Source: Promethearchaeota archaeon (GTDB lineage Archaea > Asgardarchaeota > Lokiarchaeia > Sigyniarchaeales > SOKP01). From it: a stretch of 64,000 bases of DNA. Of the stretch, positions 37,736-47,700 are shown piece after piece. The stretch's first letter is position 1; each line of letters begins with the position of its first letter. The notes under the pieces are model-generated. The model made no database searches. It was not told the DNA's origin and worked only from the letters and a program-made list of their open reading frames with translations. The position numbers were made by a program, and so were the translations under genes. The stretch lies in contig JAEOTZ010000058.1 in the NCBI GenBank assembly GCA_016839585.1, positions 65,792 to 129,791 on the forward strand, read 5' to 3'.

Positions 37736-37993
37736 ATGGGAGAAGAACCACAATTACCACCCATTCCGGCAATTGGAGATGTTCTGGATCGGAAAAAATC
37801 ATTTGTTGAGAGAAAACATAGTATCCTTAAATGTGGAGCATGTCAAGCCGATTATACGCGTGCATTTAAACCAGGAGATTTTGTATTTAAAGATTTGTCA
37901 GACGAAGAGTGCGAGAAATGTCATAGCAGAAAATTAGCTGTTATTGAAATTTATTCTGAATGGATTAATCCAAAAAAAGAAAAAAAAAAATAA
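37736..37993 (+). CDS. Small zinc-ribbon protein
   Basis: 85 aa with CGAC...CEKC. The alternative-frame ORF 37725..37937 is rejected. Confidence 0.45.
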   Translation: MGEEPQLPPIPAIGDVLDRKKSFVERKHSILKCGACQADYTRAFKPGDFVFKDLSDEECEKCHSRKLAVIEIYSEWINPKKEKKK

Positions 37994-38056
37994 ATTACCT
38001 TAACACACTCTCTTTTTTATAAAATTTTATTAAAATTACTCAAATCATGATGCTGA

Positions 38057-38587
38057 ATGTTAATTGGGAATAAAATAAACTTAAAGATTATGGAAAAAAA
38101 GGATATGCCCCTTGTAAAGGATTGGGTAAATAACATTGATTTTATAGGTGATTTTGAACCAATAACTCAAGAAACCTTAACTGAAATAGAAAAACAATAT
38201 GAGAGTCTTACTGAAGGTCAATGGTTTTTTATTGAAAAAAAGGATGGTACAAAGATTGGTTATGTTGCACACTATCTTACAGGATCAAAACAAACAGAAA
38301 TAGGTTATGCTTTACATCCTAATGAAAGAAGTAAAGGCCATGGTACTGAAGCAATCCAAATTTTATTAGATTATTTATTCTTATCGAAAAGTATAAAACG
38401 CATTCAAGCTAAGATTAATCCAAATAATATTGGATCTCAGAGAGTCTTAGAAAAAGCTGGGTTTGTTAAGGAAGGAATTCTCCGTAAAAGTTTTTATAGT
38501 AGAGGAGAGTGGAGAGACACTGCAATATTTAGTGTTTTACGAGAAGAATGGAAAGAACCAAAAATCTTAACAAAAGCTAATATCTAG
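38057..38587 (+). CDS. GNAT-family N-acetyltransferase (RimJ/RimL-like)
   Basis: Carries RSKGHGTEA (the Q/RxxGxG/A acetyl-CoA loop) and NIGSQRVLEKAGF. Confidence 0.8.
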   Translation: MLIGNKINLKIMEKKDMPLVKDWVNNIDFIGDFEPITQETLTEIEKQYESLTEGQWFFIEKKDGTKIGYVAHYLTGSKQTEIGYALHPNERSKGHGTEAIQILLDYLFLSKSIKRIQAKINPNNIGSQRVLEKAGFVKEGILRKSFYSRGEWRDTAIFSVLREEWKEPKILTKANI

Positions 38588-38589
38588 AA

Positions 38590-39486
38590 TTATCGAATTA
38601 AGTCGCGAAGTTCTCTATAACCAATTACTTTTAAGTCGAGTTCTTCAACACATTCCTTTATTCTCTTATCTGTAAAGGCTTCATAATCTTGATTACGCCA
38701 ATTTGCTGAATCTGGAGTTATAGCTCTCAATTCAGAACTCATTTTTGCTGGATGAAATAAAAAGTGCGTTAACCCAGGTTCTATTTCCCTAATAAGCTTA
38801 CAATAATAGTCTATTTTATCAGGTTGTTCCCTGCCTGTATCAATAATGATGTGATCTATAAGAGGAAAACCCCAAGATTCAATAATTGAAAGGATTTTTT
38901 CAAAAATTTTTAAGTAATCTTTTAATCCTCTAGCAATCATTATTTCTCTATTTACTTTTGGAAATAATCCAGGGATCTGAAACTCTTTAGCTAAATTTAA
39001 ATAGGATCTAATAAATTTAGGATGTACTATAGTTCCCATATGTGGATCCACGTGAGTTACATCAATTCCATTATCTAAAGCCAATTGAATTTGAGAACGC
39101 AATTCAATTTCGGCTGCTTCAGGTTTTACATTAATAATTGCTTCTTCCGATGTACGCCAAAGAGAATTTTCTGAATCTAATAATCCTGTTTTAGGATCAA
39201 TACTGCTTAATGCTCGCCATCGATAGAGATCATACTCACAGGTGAGAGTTAAATGAACACCCAAATCATATTTTGGGTTATTCTTATAAATTGATGCCAC
39301 TTCTAAAAACCAAGGAGCCGGCGTAATTATGGCTCCACAGCTGGCAATCCCGAAATCTAAACATTCGAATGATGCGACATTTGAAGCATGCGAGAAGCCT
39401 ATATCATCAATATGAAAAATGACAACTTTATCAGAAGCTTCAAAACCCAATTTTTCAATAACTGATCGATTTTTCATTAAATACAA
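38590..39486 (-). CDS. YdjC/ChbG-family carbohydrate deacetylase
   Basis: Carries FHIDDIGFSHASN and DLGVHLTLTCE, and HVDPHMG. Confidence 0.7.
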   Translation of the reverse strand: MYLMKNRSVIEKLGFEASDKVVIFHIDDIGFSHASNVASFECLDFGIASCGAIITPAPWFLEVASIYKNNPKYDLGVHLTLTCEYDLYRWRALSSIDPKTGLLDSENSLWRTSEEAIINVKPEAAEIELRSQIQLALDNGIDVTHVDPHMGTIVHPKFIRSYLNLAKEFQIPGLFPKVNREIMIARGLKDYLKIFEKILSIIESWGFPLIDHIIIDTGREQPDKIDYYCKLIREIEPGLTHFLFHPAKMSSELRAITPDSANWRNQDYEAFTDKRIKECVEELDLKVIGYRELRDLIR

Positions 39487-39526
39487 CTTGTTCTATTCAT
39501 AAAAATGAATATTGATAATTGAAGTA

Positions 39527-40519
39527 TTACTCTAAACCTAACATTTCAATAATTTTATTTGCCATAGAATATGGATCTAAGGACTTTTTCATTGCTTTTT
39601 CTAAATAAGGTTCAATTTTTTCACTATTATTAACAAGGTCTTCAATCTTTTTTGTTAATTTGCGTTTTAAAATTTGAAGAGTTTCAGATTTTATCCTATT
39701 TAATTGATAATTATCAATATATCCTGTACTTTCTAAAAAACTTCTATGAACATCAACAATTTTAAGCAATTCTTCAAAATTTTCCCCTGTTTTTGAGTTT
39801 ACTTTAATGACCTGAGGTGTCCATCGCTTCATTTTCGCAAGATTTTTACTAATTTCTTGTGATTCATATATAAAATTTTTATTTAACTCTAACATCTGCA
39901 TTATTTCTGCTACTTTCCTGTCTGATCCTGATAAATCCATTTTATTAACCACAAAAATATCAACAATTTCCATTATGCCTGCTTTAATAGCTTGAATATC
40001 ATCCCCTAATCCTGGTACTAGCAAAACTACAACTGTTTGAGCAGACTTGAAGATATCGACTTCAGATTGTCCCACACCAACAGTTTCAACTATAATAACA
40101 TCACATCCATATGCATCTAAAATTTTGATAGCATCTTCAGTTGCTCTAGCTAGTCCCCCTAATCTTCCCCTGTTTGCCATGCTCCTAATAAAAACGTTTT
40201 CAAGGGTAAAATTTTGTTTCATTCTTATTCTATCTCCAAGTAGAGCTCCACCAGTAAGAGGTGAAGAAGGATCAACACAGATTATTCCAACCTTTTTACC
40301 CTTATCAACAAAAATTTTAGTAATTGTAGAAATAAAAGTAGATTTACCACTGCCCGGTGCTCCAGTCACCCCTAAAATGTAAGCATTTCCTGTTTTATTG
40401 TAGATATTATTTACAATTTTTTCTGCTGCATCAATGTCATTTTCCACAATAGTAATTAAACGAGCAGCAGCACGAGTATTTCCTTTAAGTACCTGATCAA
40501 TTAAATTAGAGTAATCCAT
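39527..40519 (-). CDS. meaB: Methylmalonyl-CoA mutase-associated G-protein chaperone MeaB/ArgK
   Basis: Carries GAPGSGKST, DPSSPLTGGALLGDRIRM, VETVGVGQSE and NKMD. Its start overlaps the upstream stop (TAATG). Confidence 0.9.
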   Translation of the reverse strand: MDYSNLIDQVLKGNTRAAARLITIVENDIDAAEKIVNNIYNKTGNAYILGVTGAPGSGKSTFISTITKIFVDKGKKVGIICVDPSSPLTGGALLGDRIRMKQNFTLENVFIRSMANRGRLGGLARATEDAIKILDAYGCDVIIVETVGVGQSEVDIFKSAQTVVVLLVPGLGDDIQAIKAGIMEIVDIFVVNKMDLSGSDRKVAEIMQMLELNKNFIYESQEISKNLAKMKRWTPQVIKVNSKTGENFEELLKIVDVHRSFLESTGYIDNYQLNRIKSETLQILKRKLTKKIEDLVNNSEKIEPYLEKAMKKSLDPYSMANKIIEMLGLE

Positions 40520-40920
40520 TATCTTTTCAAATTATTTTTGACAAATTCAACGATTGTTTTTAATTCAGTACCAGGACCGTGAAATCCTTTCAATCCATGT
40601 TTCTCTAAAAATGGTTTATCTTCATCAGGTATAATTCCACCAACAGCAACCAGAACATCATCTATTCCTTGTTCTTTTAACTTTTCCATAATTAATGGAC
40701 ATAGTGCATTATGAGCACCACTTAACATTGATAACATCACGGCGTCAGGATCTTCTTGAATGACGGTGTTTACAATATCTTCAGGGGTTTGGTGAATACC
40801 TGTATAAATAACTTCCATACCCGCATCCCTTAAGGCTCTAGCGAGGACTTTTGCCCCTCGATCATGTCCATTTAAGCCTGGTTTGCAAACTAAAACTTTA
40901 ATTTTTCTTTTTTCTACCAT
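40519..40920 (-). CDS. Methylmalonyl-CoA mutase B12-binding (small) subunit
   Basis: 133 aa. KPGLNGHDRGAKVLARALRDAGMEVIYTG is present, and SMLSGAH and GGIIP follow. The Asp of DxHxxG is Asn (AAT, 40870-40872). Confidence 0.9.
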   Translation of the reverse strand: MVEKRKIKVLVCKPGLNGHDRGAKVLARALRDAGMEVIYTGIHQTPEDIVNTVIQEDPDAVMLSMLSGAHNALCPLIMEKLKEQGIDDVLVAVGGIIPDEDKPFLEKHGLKGFHGPGTELKTIVEFVKNNLKR

Positions 40921-40933
40921 AGTTTATACCCTA

Positions 40934-42568
40934 TTAAAAAACAGAATCTTCATGATAAGTACCAAATACATCCTTTAATGCTGAAATAATTTCTCCAATT
41001 GAAGCATATTCTCTAACAGCATCAATTATATAAGGCATTAAATTTTCAGAACCTTTGGCCGTCTCTTTTAATCTATTTAGATTTTCTTCAATTTTCTCGT
41101 TGTTTCTTTCTGCTTTAATTTTAAGAAGCTTTTCGATTTGTTCTTCAGCTACCTTCTCATCAATCTTTAATAATGGTGTAGTACAAGGTTCTCTCACTTG
41201 GAGATCATTCACACCGACAATAATTCTCTCTCGATTTTCAATTTCTTGTTGATATTTATAGGAAGCATTCGCAATTTCTTTCTGGAAAAAATTAGCTTTA
41301 ATAGCAGGTATTACTCCTCCCAGTTCATCAATCCTTTCGAAATATGCTTCAGCTTCTGCTTCCATTTTATTAGTAAGCCATTCTACATAATAAGAACCCG
41401 CTAAAGGATCTACAGTATCAGCAACTCCAGACTCATTAGCAATTATCTGTTGTGTTCTTAAACCAATTTTTGCTGCTTTTTCTGTTGGAAGACAAAGTGC
41501 TTCATCAAAGGAATTTGTATGTAAAGATTGAGTTCCACCTAAAACTGCTGCTAATGCTTGTAAGGTTACTCTCACAATATTATTTTCAGGTTCTTGAGCG
41601 GTTAATGAAACTCCTGCAGTTTGAGTATGAAAACGTAATCGCATTGATTCAAGTTCTTTTGCACCATATTTATTTTTCATTCTTTTCGCCCAAATTCTTC
41701 TTGCAGCCCTATATTTACAGACTTCTTCAAAAAAGTTATTATGAGAATTAAAAAAGAATGATAACCTTGGAGCAAAATCATCAATATCTAAACCTCTTTC
41801 CAATGCAGCTTCAACATAACCAAATCCATCTGCTAACGTAAAGGCTAATTCTTGAACTGTTGTTGACCCTGCTTCTCTAATATGATACCCTGATATAGAT
41901 ATAGTGTACCATTGAGGTACAAATTTCGTACAATACTCAATAGTATCAATAATTAATCGCATTGAAGGTTCAGGAGGAAAAATCCAAGATTTTTGTGCGA
42001 TGTATTCTTTTAATATATCATTTTGTATGGTACCTCGTAGTTGATCCGGAGTATGTCCTTGTTTTTCAGCAGTTACTATATACATTGCAAGTAATATAGA
42101 AGCTGGCGCGTTAATAGTCATCGATGTCGATATCTTAGATAGATCTATTCCATCAAATAAAGTCTCCATATCTTTTAATGTATCTATACTAACTCCTTCT
42201 TTTCCGACTTCACCCAAAGCCTTTTCATCAATAGCTTCAATACCATATATGGTATGTAAACTGAATGCAACACTCAAACCAGTTTGACCATGCTCTAACA
42301 AGAATTTATATCTTTGATTAGTCTGATCTGCTGTTCCAAATCCTGCAAATTGTCTCATCGTCCAAAATCGTCCTCGATACATATTTGGATAAGCACCACG
42401 AGTAAAAGGAAATTTTCCAGATTCTCCTAAATCCATAACATAATTGAAGTCCTTTATATCATCTGGTGTATATAAGCGCTTAATTTCAATGCCAGATAGA
42501 TTTTTGAATTTTTCTTTTCTTTCTTTTTTAGTTGGTCTTAAAGTTTTTTGTTCATCAATTTCTGTCAT
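40934..42568 (-). CDS. Methylmalonyl-CoA mutase catalytic (large) subunit
   Basis: Carries FTRGAYPNMYRGRFWTMRQFAGFG, GLSVAFSL, SMTINAPA and HTQTAG. Confidence 0.95.
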   Translation of the reverse strand: MTEIDEQKTLRPTKKERKEKFKNLSGIEIKRLYTPDDIKDFNYVMDLGESGKFPFTRGAYPNMYRGRFWTMRQFAGFGTADQTNQRYKFLLEHGQTGLSVAFSLHTIYGIEAIDEKALGEVGKEGVSIDTLKDMETLFDGIDLSKISTSMTINAPASILLAMYIVTAEKQGHTPDQLRGTIQNDILKEYIAQKSWIFPPEPSMRLIIDTIEYCTKFVPQWYTISISGYHIREAGSTTVQELAFTLADGFGYVEAALERGLDIDDFAPRLSFFFNSHNNFFEEVCKYRAARRIWAKRMKNKYGAKELESMRLRFHTQTAGVSLTAQEPENNIVRVTLQALAAVLGGTQSLHTNSFDEALCLPTEKAAKIGLRTQQIIANESGVADTVDPLAGSYYVEWLTNKMEAEAEAYFERIDELGGVIPAIKANFFQKEIANASYKYQQEIENRERIIVGVNDLQVREPCTTPLLKIDEKVAEEQIEKLLKIKAERNNEKIEENLNRLKETAKGSENLMPYIIDAVREYASIGEIISALKDVFGTYHEDSVF

Positions 42569-42828
42569 GAGTTATTCCTTCTTATTTTAAATTTCTCTTG
42601 GAAATATTTGATTTATACTAGTTTTTTATAGGGATTTAAGTTTATTAACTTTTTTTGTTGAAGTTTTATATGAATAACGAATCTTTATTTCTCATAACAT
42701 TAAATATAAAGTATAAGTAGGAGTTCATTAAGGATTTATTAAAAAAAATATTATTAGAATATATATTTAATTCATGAACTATGGATTTATTTTTATCTAA
42801 GGTTCATTCATAAAGGGTATAAACATTC

Positions 42829-43566
42829 ATGACAAAACTCATTTATTTAGGTTGCTTAAGTCTAAAGAATTATGAACCTACTTGTAAAAATGCCATAAAA
42901 ATTATTAAATTCCTAGATAATGAATATAAAGTGCTTGATGATGCACCATGTTGTGGTTCCTTAGCTTTTAATATTTCCTCAGATGAGGAATTAAAAACTC
43001 ATATTCAATATGTAAATAATTGGTTTAGAGCAAATGATATAACTGAACTTGTCACAATCTGCGCAGGATGTTATAGTTATCTTACGAAATATTATAAAGA
43101 ATTATTAGGTACTGATTTTAATGTTGAAATAAAACATTTACTCCAATTTATCACTGAACCTAGGAATTTAGAAAAATTAGATCTACAATATTCAGGAAAG
43201 AAATTAAGTATAAATTACCATGATGCCTGTCATTTAAGGAATGCTTCAAAACCAATCATAGAAGAACCAAGAATTATCTTAAAAAGTATTAAAAATGTAA
43301 ATTTTAATGAAATGGGTTATAATAAAACAAATAGTATATGTTGTGGAGCTGGCGGAGGAGTTTATTCTATTTTTAAAGGAAATAGTGATTTCAATGCTAA
43401 AGCTATTTTTGATAATATGAAAAAAGGAAAAATTTTGTTAACTGCTTGTCCATTTTGTTATACTGCCTTGAAACGCATAAAGGAAGAAAATAATATAAAA
43501 AAATCGATTATCAAATTTGAAGATTTTATTGCTAATCTAATGGAAGGAGTTGATCCCATCAATTGA
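42829..43566 (+). CDS. Cys-rich (two CCG domains) Fe-S protein, LutA/GlcF/HdrB-like
   Basis: Carries CCGS...CAGCY and CCGAGGG...CPFCY. Confidence 0.7.
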   Translation: MTKLIYLGCLSLKNYEPTCKNAIKIIKFLDNEYKVLDDAPCCGSLAFNISSDEELKTHIQYVNNWFRANDITELVTICAGCYSYLTKYYKELLGTDFNVEIKHLLQFITEPRNLEKLDLQYSGKKLSINYHDACHLRNASKPIIEEPRIILKSIKNVNFNEMGYNKTNSICCGAGGGVYSIFKGNSDFNAKAIFDNMKKGKILLTACPFCYTALKRIKEENNIKKSIIKFEDFIANLMEGVDPIN

Positions 43567-44867
43567 ATGATAAAGGAAAAGAGTTATATGATGTGATTAA
43601 GGGTAAAATAAATAGTATGAAAGAAGAAGATAGCCTAGAAAGACAATATTGGAATTTCTGGAAACTAGGTTGTTTTTTAAAGACTAAAGCTCATGATTTA
43701 AAAAATGTATATGAAGATACAAGCCGAGAATTTGTAGATAAATATAAAGAACAACTTATAAAAATGAGAGAACAAGTCCTTGAAAATTTGGATTATTATG
43801 TAGAAAAATGTATAAATGTAATGCGTAAAGCAAATAACTTCAAAGTGCATTATGCTAAAACTAATAAAGAGGCTCACCACATCTTTATGGAAGAACTTGG
43901 AGATAATAAAGTTGTCTATAAATCAAAATCGAATGAGGCAAAGGATATTGGGATAATCGATTTTTTAAAGAAAAATGATATTATTATTAAAGAAACAGAT
44001 TTAGGAGATGTTTTAGTTCAATTATTCGATTATAAATTACCAAGTTTTCAAGTAGGACCTGGAGCTCACTTTTCAATTGATGATATCGTAGCTAAAATAA
44101 AAGAAATGCATGGTGTAGAACTAGAACCAAAACCAAGCGCAATTGTTGATTATTATAGAAAAACATATCGGAAAGAACTACTTAATAACGTAAAAGTTTC
44201 TTTAACATCTGCTAATGCAATATCTGCTGAGGATGGGACTATTGTACTGGGTGAAAATGAAGGAAATATAAGTTTATTAACAAGAGCAACTGAAAAGCAC
44301 ATCGTAGTATGTGGAATCCAAAAAATTGTACCAACAGTTTTAGACGCTGTGCTTGTAGCAAAAATACAATCTAGAATAAATAATGTACCTTTTAATTATA
44401 TTAACCTTATTTCAGGTCCTTCTAGCACTTCAGATATACGAGGTATAAATGTTTTAGGAATGTATGGTGCAAAAGAGGTTGTTATTATACTCGTTGATGA
44501 GTGGCGCACGAAAGCAATAAAAGAAAACCTATTTTATAAAGATTATTTAAAATGTATTTCATGTAGAACTTGTAATTTTGTCTGCACAGCAGCACGTGCT
44601 TTTGGTAATATTTTTGCTTCGAAATATGGATGGGGAGCTACTGCTATTCTAACAGATTATATTCACAATGGAATCGAAGCAGCTGTGCAAGATGGATTAT
44701 TTTTTTGTACTAATTGTGAAAACTGTTATCATTGGTGCCCCGTTTCAATAAATATAGGTGAAATTATGAAATCTATAAAAAAAGAAGCAAAAAAAGCTGG
44801 ATTATGTCCTCCCCCTCTAAAGGAATATCAGCAAAAAATACTTAAAGACAAGAATCCATTTAAATAA
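43563..44867 (+). CDS. LUD-domain plus 2x[4Fe-4S] protein, LutB-like
   Basis: A ~320-aa N-terminal LUD-like region, then CISCRTCNFVC and CTNCENCYHWCP. The TTG start overlaps the upstream stop by 4 nt. Confidence 0.6.
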   Translation: MNDKGKELYDVIKGKINSMKEEDSLERQYWNFWKLGCFLKTKAHDLKNVYEDTSREFVDKYKEQLIKMREQVLENLDYYVEKCINVMRKANNFKVHYAKTNKEAHHIFMEELGDNKVVYKSKSNEAKDIGIIDFLKKNDIIIKETDLGDVLVQLFDYKLPSFQVGPGAHFSIDDIVAKIKEMHGVELEPKPSAIVDYYRKTYRKELLNNVKVSLTSANAISAEDGTIVLGENEGNISLLTRATEKHIVVCGIQKIVPTVLDAVLVAKIQSRINNVPFNYINLISGPSSTSDIRGINVLGMYGAKEVVIILVDEWRTKAIKENLFYKDYLKCISCRTCNFVCTAARAFGNIFASKYGWGATAILTDYIHNGIEAAVQDGLFFCTNCENCYHWCPVSINIGEIMKSIKKEAKKAGLCPPPLKEYQQKILKDKNPFK

Positions 44868-44873
44868 AAAAAA

Positions 44874-45755
44874 TTATTTAGAACGGGTTATAATAAAATC
44901 GACCAATTTCCCAAGGCTTTTAACATTCTCGTAATCTTTTGGAGCCTTTTCTTCTAAATAATCCTTAAAAACCTCCCAATTCTCTTTCTTACCTGAAGGT
45001 GCTCCATCTAATAATTTTTTGGCTTCATTAAAGTCATAGACAAAAATTAGAGCATTATCAAGTTTATTAGCATCATCACTTAATAGAAAAAGATAATACT
45101 CGTTTAAATCCCAAGGATTTAAAACATGAGCAGGTTTGTTTCCATCCCCTGCATTCTTACCTCTCAATAAACGTGTATCTACCTGTGTTGGTAATACCAT
45201 ATTAAAATTTATATTCTCTCGTTTATATTCCATTGACATTGATTTTTGCAAACCTACGACAGCATATTTACTTGCAACGTATGCAGCGAGTTTAATTGGA
45301 GCAATTGGATATGCTTCACTTCCAGTGATTATAAATCTTGCTTTATCCTTCTTATCATCTTTTTTCATATAAGGATAAGCCGCTTTAAACGTATAGAACA
45401 CTCCTAGTATATTAACATTTAAGATTTCAGAAAATTTCTCGTTGATAAACTCATGAGTTGACCACATTCGAGAATATCCAGCGTTGGCAACAATTCCATT
45501 AAGTAAACCTAATTTATTATGAAATGCTTGAAATGCAACTTCAACCTCTTCAAATTTAGTAATATCTGCTGGTTTTGCAATAACTTTTACTCCAACTCCT
45601 AAATCTTCAATTTCCTTTTTCGTAATATTTAATTCTTCCAATGTTCTTGAAATTAATCCAATATTAGCACCTTCTTTAGCGCATGCTATTGCTATCGCCT
45701 TCCCTATCCCTCTACCTGAGCCAGTAATTACAATATTTTTTCCTTTTAACAACAT
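44874..45755 (-). CDS. SDR-family oxidoreductase
   Basis: Carries TGSGRGIGKAIA, NAGY and YVASKYA. Confidence 0.8.
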   Translation of the reverse strand: MLLKGKNIVITGSGRGIGKAIAIACAKEGANIGLISRTLEELNITKKEIEDLGVGVKVIAKPADITKFEEVEVAFQAFHNKLGLLNGIVANAGYSRMWSTHEFINEKFSEILNVNILGVFYTFKAAYPYMKKDDKKDKARFIITGSEAYPIAPIKLAAYVASKYAVVGLQKSMSMEYKRENINFNMVLPTQVDTRLLRGKNAGDGNKPAHVLNPWDLNEYYLFLLSDDANKLDNALIFVYDFNEAKKLLDGAPSGKKENWEVFKDYLEEKAPKDYENVKSLGKLVDFIITRSK

Positions 45756-45848
45756 GATTTTTTATAAAAATTTGATTACAATTATTAATTTTATAAAAAA
45801 GCAATAAGAATTATAAATTTTAAGGGAACTTTTAAGATCTCTCATTAC

Positions 45849-46982
45849 TTAAGCAACTTTATATGCTTCATTAATAGCAGAACACCCCCCACACCTCACA
45901 CACCCAGCTATATTTTCTAAAGGATTAATGCCATATTGTTTCATTAATTTTCCAGCATTTAGATAAACATCTAGTAAATTTTTATAATTTGTTATTGGAA
46001 GATCTTTTTTCCCTGGGATTGAGCGAACTGGAGTAATAAAAGGAATAACTCCAAGTGAAATAACCTTTTCTATATCCTTATTAAAAACTTCCTTAGATTC
46101 CCCAAAGCCAGTTAATACATAAGTTTCTACTTGATTTTTTCCAAAAACCTCTAAAGCCTGAATCCAATTTTTCTCAAACACCTCATATGGAATATGAGCC
46201 TTTCCAGGAGTAATTTTTTTTCTTAAATTCTCATCTAGAATCTCTATATGTATACCTATTGTATCAGCACCAGCTTTTTTCAATTTGTTTATGTATTCTA
46301 ATTCCTCTAAAGCTTCAATTTGCACATGCAATGGGATATCTGGATGATTTCTTTTTATACCCCCTAATAATTCAATATATCGATTAGCACCTTTATCAAC
46401 TGTCTCTTCTGTGCCACTGGTTAATGTCATATGAGAACATCGACCTTCTTTTTTAGCGGCTGTGATAACTTCTGACATCTGTTTATAGTTCTTCTCTAAA
46501 ATAGTAGTATCATATGATAAACTTAATTCAATGCCACAAAACTTGCACGCTTCCCCACATGCCCAATATGCACATTTTTGATATATTGTACTTGCTAAGC
46601 AAGCAATTCCATGTACTAAAGCGATTTTCCTCATCTCAATGCCATCAGATGTTTTTAAATCATAAAATTGTGGATTATTAACCAGTTTTACTTTCCCAAA
46701 GCTTCTCTTTTTCTTCTCATCGTAAATTTCAAAGAGTTCTTCCCTCTTTTGTTTTAAAATAAGACTGGTCTTTTTTTTGTCGTTCCATAAAGCTGCATTT
46801 ACTAAAGTTTTATTATCTTCTAGTAAAAAATACCTACCTCCAAGAGGACCAGCTCCACCTTTGCGTCCAAAATTAATTTCAATTCCTTGTTCTTTATAAT
46901 ACTCAATTAATTGTTTATCTAAGAAAATTCCTTTACATAATAATTCAGTCTTTTGTTCTAATGCTGTAAGAGGATCTATCAT
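45849..46982 (-). CDS. Radical SAM protein with a ~130-aa N-terminal extension, unknown function
   Basis: CGEACKFCG gives the CX3CX2C motif and a TIM-barrel-length core follows. There is a C-terminal GCVRCGGC. Confidence 0.7.
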   Translation of the reverse strand: MIDPLTALEQKTELLCKGIFLDKQLIEYYKEQGIEINFGRKGGAGPLGGRYFLLEDNKTLVNAALWNDKKKTSLILKQKREELFEIYDEKKKRSFGKVKLVNNPQFYDLKTSDGIEMRKIALVHGIACLASTIYQKCAYWACGEACKFCGIELSLSYDTTILEKNYKQMSEVITAAKKEGRCSHMTLTSGTEETVDKGANRYIELLGGIKRNHPDIPLHVQIEALEELEYINKLKKAGADTIGIHIEILDENLRKKITPGKAHIPYEVFEKNWIQALEVFGKNQVETYVLTGFGESKEVFNKDIEKVISLGVIPFITPVRSIPGKKDLPITNYKNLLDVYLNAGKLMKQYGINPLENIAGCVRCGGCSAINEAYKVA

Positions 46983-47138
46983 ATCAATAAAATTAGATTA
47001 TTATTAATCTTCATGGATTTAAATTATCTGGTTTATTTAATTTTAAGTGTTATTAAAAGAAAGAAAATTTTATTAACTAATCTATAGTATTCATATTTAA
47101 TCATTTTTTATAACTCAATATATAAAAGGTGTAAATTT

Positions 47139-47552
47139 TTGCCACGTGTTGAAAAGACAATAGATATTGCAGCATCTCAAGATAAAATCTTCGAGATTAT
47201 AGACGATGATGATAATTATGCTAAGTGGAATATTGTTGTAAATGAAGTAACTAAACTTGGTGAAGGTAATTACTTTTTTAAAACAAATGTTGGAGATATA
47301 ACGTCTACTCGTATAGAAACAAATGCCCCTGAAAATCTTTCTGCTACTCAAGAAGGAAGCCCTATGAAAAGCTTAGGATATGTTTTAAAACCAAAAGGTG
47401 ATGTTGTTGAAGCTACAATTTGGTCAGAATTTGATGATCCCGGTCAAGAGCCTATACTTGGAATCGCTGGAGAAATACTCTTAAAAAGCTTGAAAAAATA
47501 TGCTGAATATCTTGAAGCGGGTGAAAACCCAGATGAGTTCAGTAAAAAATAA
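47139..47552 (+). CDS. SRPBCC family protein (paralog of 13565..13990)
   Basis: See 13565..13990. TTG start. Confidence 0.55.
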   Translation: MPRVEKTIDIAASQDKIFEIIDDDDNYAKWNIVVNEVTKLGEGNYFFKTNVGDITSTRIETNAPENLSATQEGSPMKSLGYVLKPKGDVVEATIWSEFDDPGQEPILGIAGEILLKSLKKYAEYLEAGENPDEFSKK

Positions 47553-47700
47553 ATGAAATTTTAAAGTTTAAATCATCTTTTTTTTTTAGTCTTTATAAGA
47601 ATTACAAATATGCATAACCGAATCCTCTTTTTCTACGAAAAATTTTTTAATTATTCATTATTACTTCATCTGTATTTTAATATAAAAAAGTGAAAAAGAA

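Noticed and set aside
37725-37937. 70-aa ORF overlapping 37736..37993 in another frame
   Set aside because: The overlapping 85-aa frame has paired CxxC motifs and a sensible K-rich tail. This frame has no features.
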